This document shows positions 22,228-32,400 of a stretch of 41,170 nucleotides of DNA, piece by piece. The position numbers and the translations under genes were made by a program. Origin of the DNA: Corallochytrium limacisporum Hawaii (taxonomy: Eukaryota; Protista; Pluriformea); assembly GCA_002811645.1 (NCBI GenBank), contig PDIP01000016.1, positions 207,572 to 248,741 on the forward strand, read 5' to 3'. The notes beneath the pieces are model-generated. The model made no database searches. It was not told the DNA's origin and saw only the letters and a program-made list of their open reading frames with translations. The stretch's first letter is position 1; each line of letters starts with the position of its first letter.

Positions 22228-23169
22228 CGTTGTGTGGGTGAAACCGTATGTCTATGTTTCACTGTACAGTCTATTATGAATTGACGTTCATGTCATCATT
22301 CTTCGTTTTCAAGAAGTATTGGTAATACAAAATATTCCGACCCATCTCTGATCATTAATGTTTCCAATTGGAATACCACAGATCTCCTCAGACGTCCCCA
22401 AAACAAGGCCTGATGTACGTGCACTGTATATTAATCTGCGTCGGTCAGGAAATGTGGGTGTATGCTCACAGCGTTGCGTAAGCACACTGGCCTGAGACTT
22501 TTGATTACAGATTTGTTATCTGTCCGACAGAGAGTTTAGCGGACTAGAATGGTGAACAGAACCATGAGCGAGCAGCAAACCCAGACCCACCGCCACCGAG
22601 CCGGGAACTAACACCAATCTCCTTTCGCACGTGCATTGAGAAACCCCCTCTCCGCTCCCCCTCCCTACTCTCCTGCACAGGAGACCAGACCGTGCAAGGG
22701 GCCTGCAGGGCCCCCTTGTTGTGTCAGTGTGGTACTGTTAAAATATATCCGGATATCAATTGCGGTCGGCTCTGGCTTTCTTTTTTTAGAGCCCCTCCAC
22801 CCTTTTTATTCTCCGCCATGTTAAACAGACAACACACGGCTTTGGGCCAGTTGGGGGGGGTTTGAATGTGACTCTTGGTGGGCGGGCCGAGCGTTCGGAC
22901 GCTTGAATTTCCACTGCACACAATCGTGATGCTACGGCGGCCGCAATTGTTGAATGCGTCTTGCGTAGGACTGTACCTCTTGAAGGTCTGTATCGAGTGC
23001 CTTGCTCACGTCTGTAGGGTATTTGGCTTGCCACAGTAGAGAAGGAATGCCCATGAATGCCAAGGACACCAGTGTGACCCATATGCCCGGGTCGTGGCCT
23101 TGGAGGCAGACGACACTGTGGTTGCAAGGAGGCACAAAGTGTTAGGGTTCGTCACAAGTAGGATAGAGC

Positions 23170-23446
23170 ATGCCGGAACGAAATCCGAAAGGTCTGCAGC
23201 TGGCCAAACAATGGAACGAGGCCGTCGAAGAGGTTCACCGGTTGCAGTGCGCAGGCTACCGGGACGTCACACAGTATGAGGACCTGGGCCTCAATCCGTA
23301 TGAAATCGACCGCTGGACGGATCAGCGAGCCCAGCGTATCCACAAACTCAAGATAAATGGGGCACAGTACCTTTGTATACTTTGATCGTAACCGTGAATA
23401 CCAGAGCAAGGACATCAACAAGGTCAAGCTCTACCGCTACGACTAG
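23170..23446 (+). CDS. MEIG1: MEIG1 (meiosis-expressed gene 1) homolog interrupted by a +1 frameshift near 23371-23385
   Basis: 0-frame AKQWNEAVEEVHRLQCAGYRDVTQY...IDRW...IHKL matches the MEIG1 pattern AKKW..E.E..YRFQ.AGYRD..EY...DRW...VKKL. The +1 frame continues FVYFDRNREYQSKDINKVKLYRYD* (stop 23444-23446), matching the MEIG1 C-terminus FYYYNKQREC..K.VHKVK.Y.Y. Joined length 91 aa. Confidence 0.85.
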
Positions 23447-23909
23447 GCCCAGGCCTGAGTGCGAAAAGCCTCTCCATAGAGACCAGACGTGTGCGGGACA
23501 CCCACCGGCCCACCCCCTCCTTTCTTTTCTCCTCTGGCTGTTTTCTTCGCCCCCCCTCCCCCTTCTCGTCCGTGTTCATCAATACGAACTGCCGTGACGA
23601 ACTCTTCGTTAACTTTGAAACACATTCCTACCCCCTTCTCACTGCCCGATCAACCCCCCGGGCACACACAACAGGGTGTTCGGGAAACCACGGAAAAGCA
23701 GAAAGGCCTTTGGGGGCTTCCGGCTTTGCCCCCAAAGGTCCGGTCCGGTGCCCTGTTGCCCGGGCTTCTCCGGGGTACGTGACACGACACTGTCGGAACA
23801 CTTGCTGATGCCGCAGAGGCTACTTTGAGGGCCGACATAGCAGGGCTAGGACTTGACCAATAGAAGCAGCGAATCATACTCATGAACTGTCCCAAAGCCC
23901 AAAACAGTC

Positions 23910-24446
23910 ATGCCGGCCAAGATTGCCGAAATTAGGAAAGCAAATAAACCCGCCGCGGGCTATCTCTGCAATGCCAAATCTGACAACAGATACGGGATCG
24001 ACTTTATTGAGTTTCAGATCAAGAACGTAGACACCGGTGACATTTACTTTCAGTTCCAGAAGGAGCCCTACACGTTTCTTCCACAAAGCGATGATGACAA
24101 CAGCGTAAGATTTGTCCAGTACTGCCTACCCAAAGCGTTCCTGGAGTGCAAGACCATCTCTACCAGGGTGCGATTCTGTGTGGGTGCAGAACCTGTGAGC
24201 AACCTCAAGATGCTCGAACGGTTTTACTTTAGGGACAGATTGCTCAAGGACTATGACTTCGACTTTGGCTTCTGCATTCCGAATTCCACGAACGAAGCAG
24301 AATTCACATATGACACTCCGAAGATCAGTCCTTCGGACATTGCAATGATGGTCGCCGAACCGTGGAGCACGCGCAGTGACTCGTACTACTTCGTAGATGA
24401 TGTCCTCATTATGCATAACAAGGCTGAGTATCAGTTCAATGAGTGA
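23910..24446 (+). CDS. UNC119: UNC119 myristoyl-cargo chaperone (PDE-delta fold)
   Basis: YLC...NRYGIDFIEFQIKNVDTG, RFVQY, FCVGAEPVSNLKMLER.YFRDRLLKDYDFDFGFCIPNSTN, TRSDSYYFVDDVLIMHNKAEY. Confidence 0.95.
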   Translation: MPAKIAEIRKANKPAAGYLCNAKSDNRYGIDFIEFQIKNVDTGDIYFQFQKEPYTFLPQSDDDNSVRFVQYCLPKAFLECKTISTRVRFCVGAEPVSNLKMLERFYFRDRLLKDYDFDFGFCIPNSTNEAEFTYDTPKISPSDIAMMVAEPWSTRSDSYYFVDDVLIMHNKAEYQFNE

Positions 24447-24581
24447 ATGGGCCCAACAGCTCCCTTGAATTGTGTGATGTGCATGACTTACAACAATATA
24501 AATAGAACAGTTAGAACAGTTTGTTTCATTTGTAGATTTTGCGAAGGGGTTGATTATTCATCTTCCCGATAATGCAACACT

Positions 24582-25193
24582 TCAGTCCTTGCCAGCCAGC
24601 TTGATCGTGCCTTCCTTGCTATCACCGTAGCGTTTTTTCCCCGTCGTGAACGGCAGATACCGGTATTTGATCATGTGCTGAATTTGCCGCTTCATGGTAA
24701 CTCCAAACAAGACAAAGAAGTACATGACTAAAATGGGCCAGTACACGGGCACATCCATGAACGGAAACAGCGTGCATACGAGTGCAAAACACACAGCCCG
24801 CGTGCATGCGTACCAAAACTTGAATTCCGGCAGCCGCCGTATGAATGGCCGAAACTCTTCGTCTCCTTTGGTGGGCAAGGCGGGAGCATCCTCGTCGTCG
24901 TCGAGGTGGCTGTCCATGGCCGGATCAAACTTAGGGCTCAGGAAAGCAATGAAAAGATTCAACAGGTAGATAGCTAATCCGTAGCTGATAATATGGAACC
25001 CGTTCAGCAATGCCACGCGAAGGACATAGAGCCCAACCAATCCACCAAACACAGCCCAGCGCGGAGCAACATGGGGCGTTGCGTCGTCCAAGATCTTCTG
25101 CAACCGCTGATTCATCTGTGCACGCAGACGTTCGGCCTGCTTCACTGGTTCAGGCGCACTAGCCAAAGGATCTGGCCCTCCTGGTGCTTCCAT
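24582..25193 (-). CDS. RER1: ER retrieval receptor Rer1
   Basis: LNLFIAFLSPKFDP, EEFRPFIRRLPEFKFWY, DVPVYWPILVMYF, TMKRQIQHMIKYRYLPF..GKKRY. Confidence 0.97.
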   Translation of the reverse strand: MEAPGGPDPLASAPEPVKQAERLRAQMNQRLQKILDDATPHVAPRWAVFGGLVGLYVLRVALLNGFHIISYGLAIYLLNLFIAFLSPKFDPAMDSHLDDDEDAPALPTKGDEEFRPFIRRLPEFKFWYACTRAVCFALVCTLFPFMDVPVYWPILVMYFFVLFGVTMKRQIQHMIKYRYLPFTTGKKRYGDSKEGTIKLAGKD

Positions 25194-26182
25194 TTTCTTA
25201 TCTGTGTGTTATGTTACGTATTTTTTTGTTTCAACCCGTAGGCGTGTATGTTGTCGTGATTGCAGACAAATTGGCCTTTTTTGGTGCTATATGATTGGCT
25301 CCCGGTACACAACTACTTTCGCTCGGTTTCATAGACACTTGTTCACACTCTGCATGTTATCACATAGGCCCATGAAATAACTGACTCTTAACTACCCCAA
25401 CGACAAACAAAACCTTCCTGAACGATTGGGCGGGCATAGAGCAGCGGTTGCCCGCGAGTCACAGTGAGGCCTTTATCATCTGACGCAGGCCCCAATTATT
25501 TTCCAAGTTTCCTTCTCTCACTCCCCCTTTCGCGTGGCAGTGTGAGGGTGACCGGTTGTCAGTTGCGTCCTGGGTGTCTGCGCGCCCCAAGCCGGGCAAA
25601 AATATATGAGCGATGGGAGCGATCGGGTCGACTCCTCCCCGTGGGCCGGTACTGGGGCTGGGTAGGGGTTGGTGTAACCGGATACTTTCCGCCCTCTGTC
25701 TGGCGCCACGGCAGAAAATAGTGGACTGACTGTCCCACTCCAGTCCGTCGCCCTTCGGTCGGCTTGGTCAGCGGCGCCACATCACTGCCAAAGGGGGACA
25801 ATACATTCAGTACCGCGGGCAAAGATCTCTATCGTGCCAGTAGCCGCAGGAAGTTGTGTGTGCAGTTCGAGGCCTGAAAGGAGGAAAAGGAAAAAAAAAA
25901 TGAGAGCGGCGGTATGTGGATGTCGTTGGCCGTTTTATTGATAAGGAAGTCTTGGTGCTGAATGTATTGGAGCACCACCGAGGCACAACAATATGGGCAG
26001 CGGAACGGACTCATAATCCAACCCTTGGTGGGCAGTCGGGTTAATTAATATAAACATTTTGTTAGGTTAGTCAGTTAGTTTTACGATTTTCGTCCTTTTC
26101 CAACTCCGCCTCGTTTCCCGTTGTGCGGGTAGGGAAAGCCAAGAGGGCAGGTCTCAACCAGAACAGTACCCAGTACACACAC

Positions 26183-26437
26183 ATGTGCCGAGCCGGAAAC
26201 GAAAGCAACAAGGGGGAGATCTACGTTACGCATTTGGTTGACACGGCGCGATCAGCCGAGCAAATTCAGTAACCATGAGTGTACCTTTCCACTACTTCAT
26301 GGTCTGAGCCATTGATCTTATTGGGCTTGCATGTAGCCTGAATCATCATAGATCAAACGGCATTTAGAAGCCGTACGAGAGACACAGGAGTCCATGGCAT
26401 AGCCTGCTGGTTTGGTTCGGTAATGACACTAATCTGA
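26183..26437 (+). promoter_or_regulatory. Cluster of five upstream ORFs ahead of GCN1
   Basis: 26183-26272 (29 aa), 26275-26307 (MSVPFHYFMV*, context aaccATGA), 26331-26336 (ATG TAG), 26394-26402 (MA*), 26423-26437 (MTLI*). The last ends 4 nt before the GCN1 ATG. Confidence 0.5.
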
Positions 26438-26441
26438 AACC

Positions 26442-29400
26442 ATGGCTATTGAGGTCACCATCGAAGTTGGATCCCCACGGCATGGGGACAGTGGCAAAAA
26501 GAGTCACTTGTCCATGGCGCAATGCATTGCCTTGATGACACACAGCTCCTTCAACCTACGACTGTTGGGACTGAAGGGTATTGTGGAGAAAGTGGAGTCC
26601 GATGAGAAGTTGATCCCTGGTGATGCACAGGATGTGCTGCAGGGAATCTTGGTCTTGTTGCAAAGGAACACAGATGCGGACACTCTACTGGCTGCGCGAG
26701 CAGTTTTGAACGCATTGTTGAACCGGGAAGACCTGGCACTGGCCACAGCGAATACCATCGCTCAGAGACTTGTACCCCAGAACAAAGGTCTATACGAGTA
26801 TGGCACGGGCCGCAGACGTCGGGAAAAGAAGGCTGCACTAGAAACCAGCCAGTGGGCAGCGCTTTGCTTGGGTGTTTTTGATCGCAAGCAAGCAATTGCA
26901 AACGTGCCTGATGACAAGCTGAGGAAGGTGAAACCGATAGTCTTTCGCAATGCTCTGATGGCCTTGGGTTACGGTGTAATGTACCTTATTGGTCGCATCG
27001 GAAACGAAGATAGTGTCAATGATGCCCGTATGCTGGCAGCTATGTATCAGCTGTCATCCCTGCGCAAAGTTTCGACTGAAACTGTGACAGAGGCAGCAAA
27101 AGTAGCCCTTGAGGAAAAAGGAGACACCACCGACTCCCAGGCTGTGCTGGCCTCAATTGGTACCATCATGAGTCGACACAGAGATGGGGTACCCCGGGAA
27201 GCAGCAATCAAGAAGTGGGTAGACACGTGTATAGTGGTCAAGAAAGCTGCGGATCGCCGGTTGGTGACAGCGCTGGCACCATTGGTAAGTTCCATAACCG
27301 AGGAGGAGTACCAAAAATATATCAAGGAACACTTCCATCGTCAGCTCGTCCGAGGACCGGAGGCTATTGCGATCCCATTGGCAGTCTCCTGTACGAAGAT
27401 GCGGGCAAAGGAACGAACATTGAACGAATTGACCGATCCGGCAGAAATGAAGAAAATTCTTAGCGCATCAGTCGAACTGCTATGTGGCAGCAGCCCTGAA
27501 CGGCGCAACAATGGCAAACTCATGCTGCTAGAAACTATTACTATTCTGGTAAAGGGTGAGTTGGATATCGAGAGCGATATCATCACTCCTCTGAAGAAGA
27601 GCAGTGGGTGGAAACAGGCGGACAACCGCTTGAGCGCGGTTTCATTCTTTGCTCTGCTGGCCAAAGCACCGGCAAACAGAGATCTCTTGTCAGAGATCGC
27701 GCCCAAGGTATTGCTTTTCCTGGTAAAGGATGTTCTCAAGAGTGACGCCAGCATGGATGTTCAGATGGCAATTGTGAACTGCCTCGCAGCATGGCAGAAC
27801 GTTATTGGAGAGAAGGTGGACGACAATGTTTTGGTTGTTCTTCTGGATATGCTTCGTTCGTCATCGGTCAAGACACCTGTGCGTGGAGCCATCGCAGACA
27901 TGCTGAGTGGGGCTGAAACTATGAATAGCTTCTCTGGCGCTTGGGAGCACAAATCGTCAAAAGAATGGGGACTCCTCGAATCTTGGACCGGAAAAATCGA
28001 CGCAAGCTTCACGGAAAAGGAAAAGGGTGAGGACATCGCAATGAAGATTGTGACTATGAGCCCTGCTGTGCGATTTGGTGTTCCAGCCGTGCTGCAGAAG
28101 CTTGATGGCATGGGTAAGGATATAATAGCTGCTCTTGTCACCGACAAGGTATATGCAGCCATGAACGAAGAGAACGCGCACAGTTTTGGACCGCTTCTCC
28201 GTCATTTTTGCTTGGACGCTGAAGATCTTCCTAAAAAGGGCCTTCCAACGCTGCTCCGTCTCGCTGCACGAATGGCGTTCCATTCAAGTGGCTCGGTGCG
28301 TGTGACTGCTCTTCGACTGCTCCGGGCGGCGTGTGGAGCGGTAAGTGTAGCAGATGGACAGAACCGACCAATCCTTGCCTTGGCCGCGTGTGAGGATACC
28401 CTCGACAGCATACCCATTGGTGTCCAGGAGCAGCACTGGTTTTCAGCTCTCCTGCGCAGTATGGCCATCAGTTTTGGTACCGCTGTGAAGAAGACCGAGT
28501 CCAAGCATGCTGCTGCCATGGATTTTGCGCTGGCTATCACACCTTTGTGCCATGACCGGCATCTATCCCGTCAGGAAATTGGCCGGGCTAGTAAGACCAA
28601 TGCTACTGTCTTCGGATCTGCATGGCATGACATCATGGATCTCATTGGTTCTGATGTTGTTGAGCAGTACGACGTGGCAGCTGCTTGGTTGAAGAACCAT
28701 CTGCTTGTTGATGAGGATGGTACTAAAGCTGGTGACGAGTTTTTGATACACCACACGTTGCGACCCCGTAACATAGCCACCACACGCACCCTGAGCGAAG
28801 TGGCCCCGAAGGTGGCAGCAGATGTGCTGGCGTTGCCGATTTTGACGTGCCTTCACCAGGACGCTCTTAAACAATTCAAACAGGAGGATTTCCTCATTGC
28901 ACAGATGAAAGATGGCCAACTATTTGATCACGGTGTAGTTGACAAGATTTTAGACAAGATGGCTGATAAGAACCAAAAGAAGGAGTCCAAGTTGTACTCT
29001 CACGAGGATCAGCTTTGGGAAGCAAAAGTGCGTGCGGAACAAACTGCTAAGATGATGAAGGAAGGTAAGTTCAAGTTCAACAAGGACCAGCAGAAGCTTG
29101 TTGATGAGCAATTGGCAAAGGAGAAGGCTGTGCGCGCGGAGGTGAACAAGGTTCTTGGCAACCTGAACAGTGCTGTCGATCTCCTGGTGGCTTCAACTGC
29201 AAGTGGTGCCATGATTGCCTGGAAGCCTCACGTCATGGCACTAATGAACATCCTCCTTACTCTGGCTCGGGACTACTTGCCACCCACTGTAATTCTCAAC
29301 CAGATTCTGCGTGCTCTTGATGGCTTGAGCGCCCTGGCAAAAAGCCTGTCAATGTTGCAAAGGGCAGCCTGCGCGCAGGCTCTGCTTCGACTGTGCGGGG

Positions 29401-32400
29401 GTGATGGTGTATTGCGTGTGAGTAGCCAAGAGCAATTCAACCAGATCACTGGGGAGAATCGCTTACTGGACGATGAAAGTGCTGTAACTCGGGCCGTTGT
29501 GCTGCACGAGGCTGACTGGGCAAGTGAGAACTCCCGCCTTCTCATGGGAGAGAAGGCCTTGGAAATGGCCACACTTCACCCAAGTGATATTGGTCTTGCA
29601 GATTTCTTGCAGCCTGGTGTTGAATACGTCCTGGAAAAAAGGCTGCAGAAGCTGTCCTTAGCAGGCCTGAGTGTGCTCGAGGTGTCCAGCAACAAGCTGC
29701 GGGATTCATGCGTACCTCTTGACAGGAAGTTTAACCTGTTGATCAAATCTCTAAGTACAATGTCTGACAGTGATCCCAAGATCGCTAAAAAGATCCAGGA
29801 TGTGCTCATTATCTACGCTGAAGCATACGCGGCCACTTTAAAGAGCGGCAACGACTCAGAACACCTAGGATTGACTATTCTGAGTCCGTTATTTGATGCC
29901 ACCACGCATGCAGAATCGTTCATTCGCGATACCGCTGTGAAATGCCTTGCATTCATGCCAGAGTTGCCTGATGACCCCATGTCCAAAGCACACCTAGCCG
30001 TTTTGACCGAGGTACCCGAAGAGTCTACCCGGCGCCAAGCTGAAGCACTTTGGAAGCGTATCGGCTGGACCCTCGAGCGGGATCAAATCCCGTATATTCT
30101 GGATCTCAACACCTCTCAGACCAGTCTCGACTTGATCGAACCTGCTTCTAAGTGTTTGAGAAAATGCCTCGTTGCTCACCCATCCGCTGTCAGCGGCACG
30201 TTGAAGGATATTCTGGAGCGTTACCATCAGTTGCTGATCATTCCTGAACCTGAGCGTGATGCCGTAGGTAACTTGATCAAGCGTGAGTATATTGACCCAT
30301 GTGCTGGCCGCAGTGGTCTGGCAATGTCTATTGAGAAGAGTGCGGACCTGATTCCCTCTGAAGAAGACTTCACTATGATGATCACTTTCTTCCTCACTGA
30401 AGGCTGTGGAGACCGTGCCGAGTCGACCAGAGCATCCATGCTGAGTTCTGCCACCGCAGTAATGGAGAAGACCCCGGGTGCACCTCAGTACGTTGACAAA
30501 GTTCTACCGCAGGTACAAGGCGTTCTTGACCGCCCTGCCAAAACTGGTCAGGGTCTCGAACGCCAGATCGACGATGCGATCCGTCAGGCAGCTGTCATTC
30601 TGCTTGGTACCGCGGCGAAGCATTTGCCGAAGGAGGATGAACGTATTCCCCCCATCATCACTAAGCTATTTGTGGCCTTGAAGACTCCTTCTCAATTGGT
30701 ACAGGAAGCTGCGGCAGATCGTCTGGCTCCACTGATTGGCTCCGTAAAGTCTGTGAAGGACGACGGAGAAAACCTCGTCAAGACTATGCTGACCGATTTG
30801 TTTGAAGGTCCAGACTTTGGTACGCGCCGAGGTGCTGCCTACGGTCTTGCTGCTGTTATCAAGGGTCTTGGTATGCCTTCCCTGAAGCAGTACGAGGTGC
30901 TCGCCACTCTGAAGGAAGCCATGGCTGACAAGAAGTCGCCGAAGCGCCGTGAGGGTGGAGTAATGGCCTTTGAGTGTCTCTGTACTCGTCTTGGACGGCT
31001 CTTTGAGCCGTACGTCGTACAGATGCTCGGTGACTTGTTGATGTGCTTCGGCGATGGCAACAAGGATGTGCGGGAGGCTGCAGAAGATGCCTCGCGTGCT
31101 GTTATGGCCAAGCTCAGTGCCCATGGAGTAAAGCTTGTTTTGCCTACTCTCCTGTCTTCCTTGGATGATAGTGCTTGGCGCACGAAGCAAGGATCCGCTG
31201 AAATGTTGGGCTTCATGGCTCACTGTGCGCCTAAACAGCTCAGCAGCGCCCTGCCACAGGTTGTACCGAAACTGGTAAGCTCGACCCTTACCGACTCTCA
31301 TGCCAAAGTGCAGGCTGCTGGCAAGGAAAGTTTGCGAGAAATTGGACGCGTTATTCGCAATCCCGAAGTGCAGCACATTGCCCCAGTGCTCTTGGATGCA
31401 CTTATTGACCCCTCCAAACACACTCCAAAGGCTCTTCAAGCGCTCTTGGATACCACCTTTGTACACTTCATCGATGCTGCCTCCTTGGCCCTGCTTGTAC
31501 CCATCCTGCAACGTGCCATGAAGGAGCGTAGCACAGATACAAAGAAAATGGCCGCACAAATTATTGGAAATATCGCCAATCTAACTGAAACAAAAGATCT
31601 TTTGCCGTACATCCGTGAAGGTACCCTCCTGCCCGGATTGCAGACGATCCTGCTCGATCCCATCCCCGAGCTTCGTGCGCTGGCTGCTGGTGCCCTCGGC
31701 AAAATTGTGGGCACTGTTGGCGAAGAAAATTTCCCCGATGTCATTCCCTGGTGTCTGGACCACCTGCGTGCCGAAGGATCATCCATCGACCGCGCGGGTG
31801 CGGCTCAGGGTCTGGCCGAGGTACTTGGAGGCCTGAGCCGTGGGGCAGCACTGAAGACTGTCAAGGACGAGGACGATGATGATGAAGAAGGGAACGAAAT
31901 GGACGAGGGTACTGACGAGCAGACCAATGCTATTGTCAAACGTTTGGATCGTCTGATGGAAGAGTTTATCATTCAGACTTCCAGTGTGAAGCCGCACGTT
32001 CGTGAGGGTAATATGCTCATGTTTGTATTCTTGCCGAGTGTGTTCAAAGATCGTTTCCTTCCCTACGTTGCTGACGTTCTGCCATGTGTGCTGAGAGGTT
32101 TGGCAGACGAAAGTGAATTTGTACGCGACAGTGCCCTTCGTGCTGGTCAGATGATCATCAACAATTTTGCCGACCGCAGTGTTGAGCTCTTTTTGCCAAA
32201 CCTTGAAGACGGTCTTTTCGACGACAACTGGCGTATTCGTCAGTCATCTGTGCAGCTCATGGGTGACTTGTTGGCGCGTATTGCTGGCCAGGAAGCCAAG
32301 AAGGGTACCACAATTGGTGATGAAGACGATGCTTTCGGTACCGAGCTAGGCACCGCTGCTATTCTGGAGAAACTTGGTTCCGGTCGCCGGAATCGTGTTC

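Noticed and set aside
23367-23406. 40-nt GT-AG intron that would restore the MEIG1 frame
   Set aside because: It would delete the conserved F.YF.R.RE motif and has no branch point or pyrimidine tract.
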